From: Syntrophales bacterium
GTDB lineage: Bacteria > Desulfobacterota > Syntrophia > Syntrophales > UBA2210
Length of the DNA: 64,000 nt
Assembly (NCBI GenBank): GCA_963662405.2
Contig: CAXXKT010000003.1
Coordinates: 1-64,000, forward strand
Direction: 5' to 3'
The position numbers and the translations under genes are program-made. This document shows, one piece after another, positions 63,957-64,000 of the stretch (position 1 is the first letter of the stretch; each line of letters begins with the position of its first letter). Below the pieces are notes generated by a model. It saw only the letters and a program-made list of their open reading frames with translations, was not told where the DNA came from and ran no database searches.

Positions 63957-64000
63957 TTCATCACTCCTTTTCTTCAACTCAACAGTCCTGTGCCGTGATC

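Overview
64 kb of a GC-rich anaerobic bacterial chromosome. Gene content (FeFe hydrogenases with cytochrome b, ETF, CoA-transferase, sigma54 activators, LpxR) suggests a deltaproteobacterium (Desulfobacterota/Syntrophales-like); this is inference. Left to right: partial etfB, GH3 hexosaminidase, beta-CASP nuclease, asnS-asnA and lpxR; a scrambled remnant of the efflux operon; an FeFe-hydrogenase island (hydA-hydB-cytochrome b, a second stand-alone HndD-like hydrogenase, TM1266-family regulator, hydG-ORF-hydE-hydF); two divergent RND efflux operons (one sigma54-controlled, one TetR-led); a lytic transglycosylase; a ~13.7 kb same-strand run from glnA through split glutamate synthase, pyrG, a giant GlmS-like gene and hisHF, behind a sigma54 promoter and a NifA-like activator; small accessory genes, a CoA-transferase pair and a second scrambled remnant; a DUF1007/Ni-Co transporter pair, a sigma28-driven MCP, and an AT-richer LolA-like/OMP/activase/methyltransferase cassette. 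Several genes carry single-base indels in homopolymer runs, most likely sequencing or assembly errors. Most notable: a duplicated structured leader in front of the TM1266 gene, microhomology-joined collapsed copies of neighbouring operons, and the glutamine-centred gene run. No rRNA, tRNA, CRISPR array or transposase was recognised.
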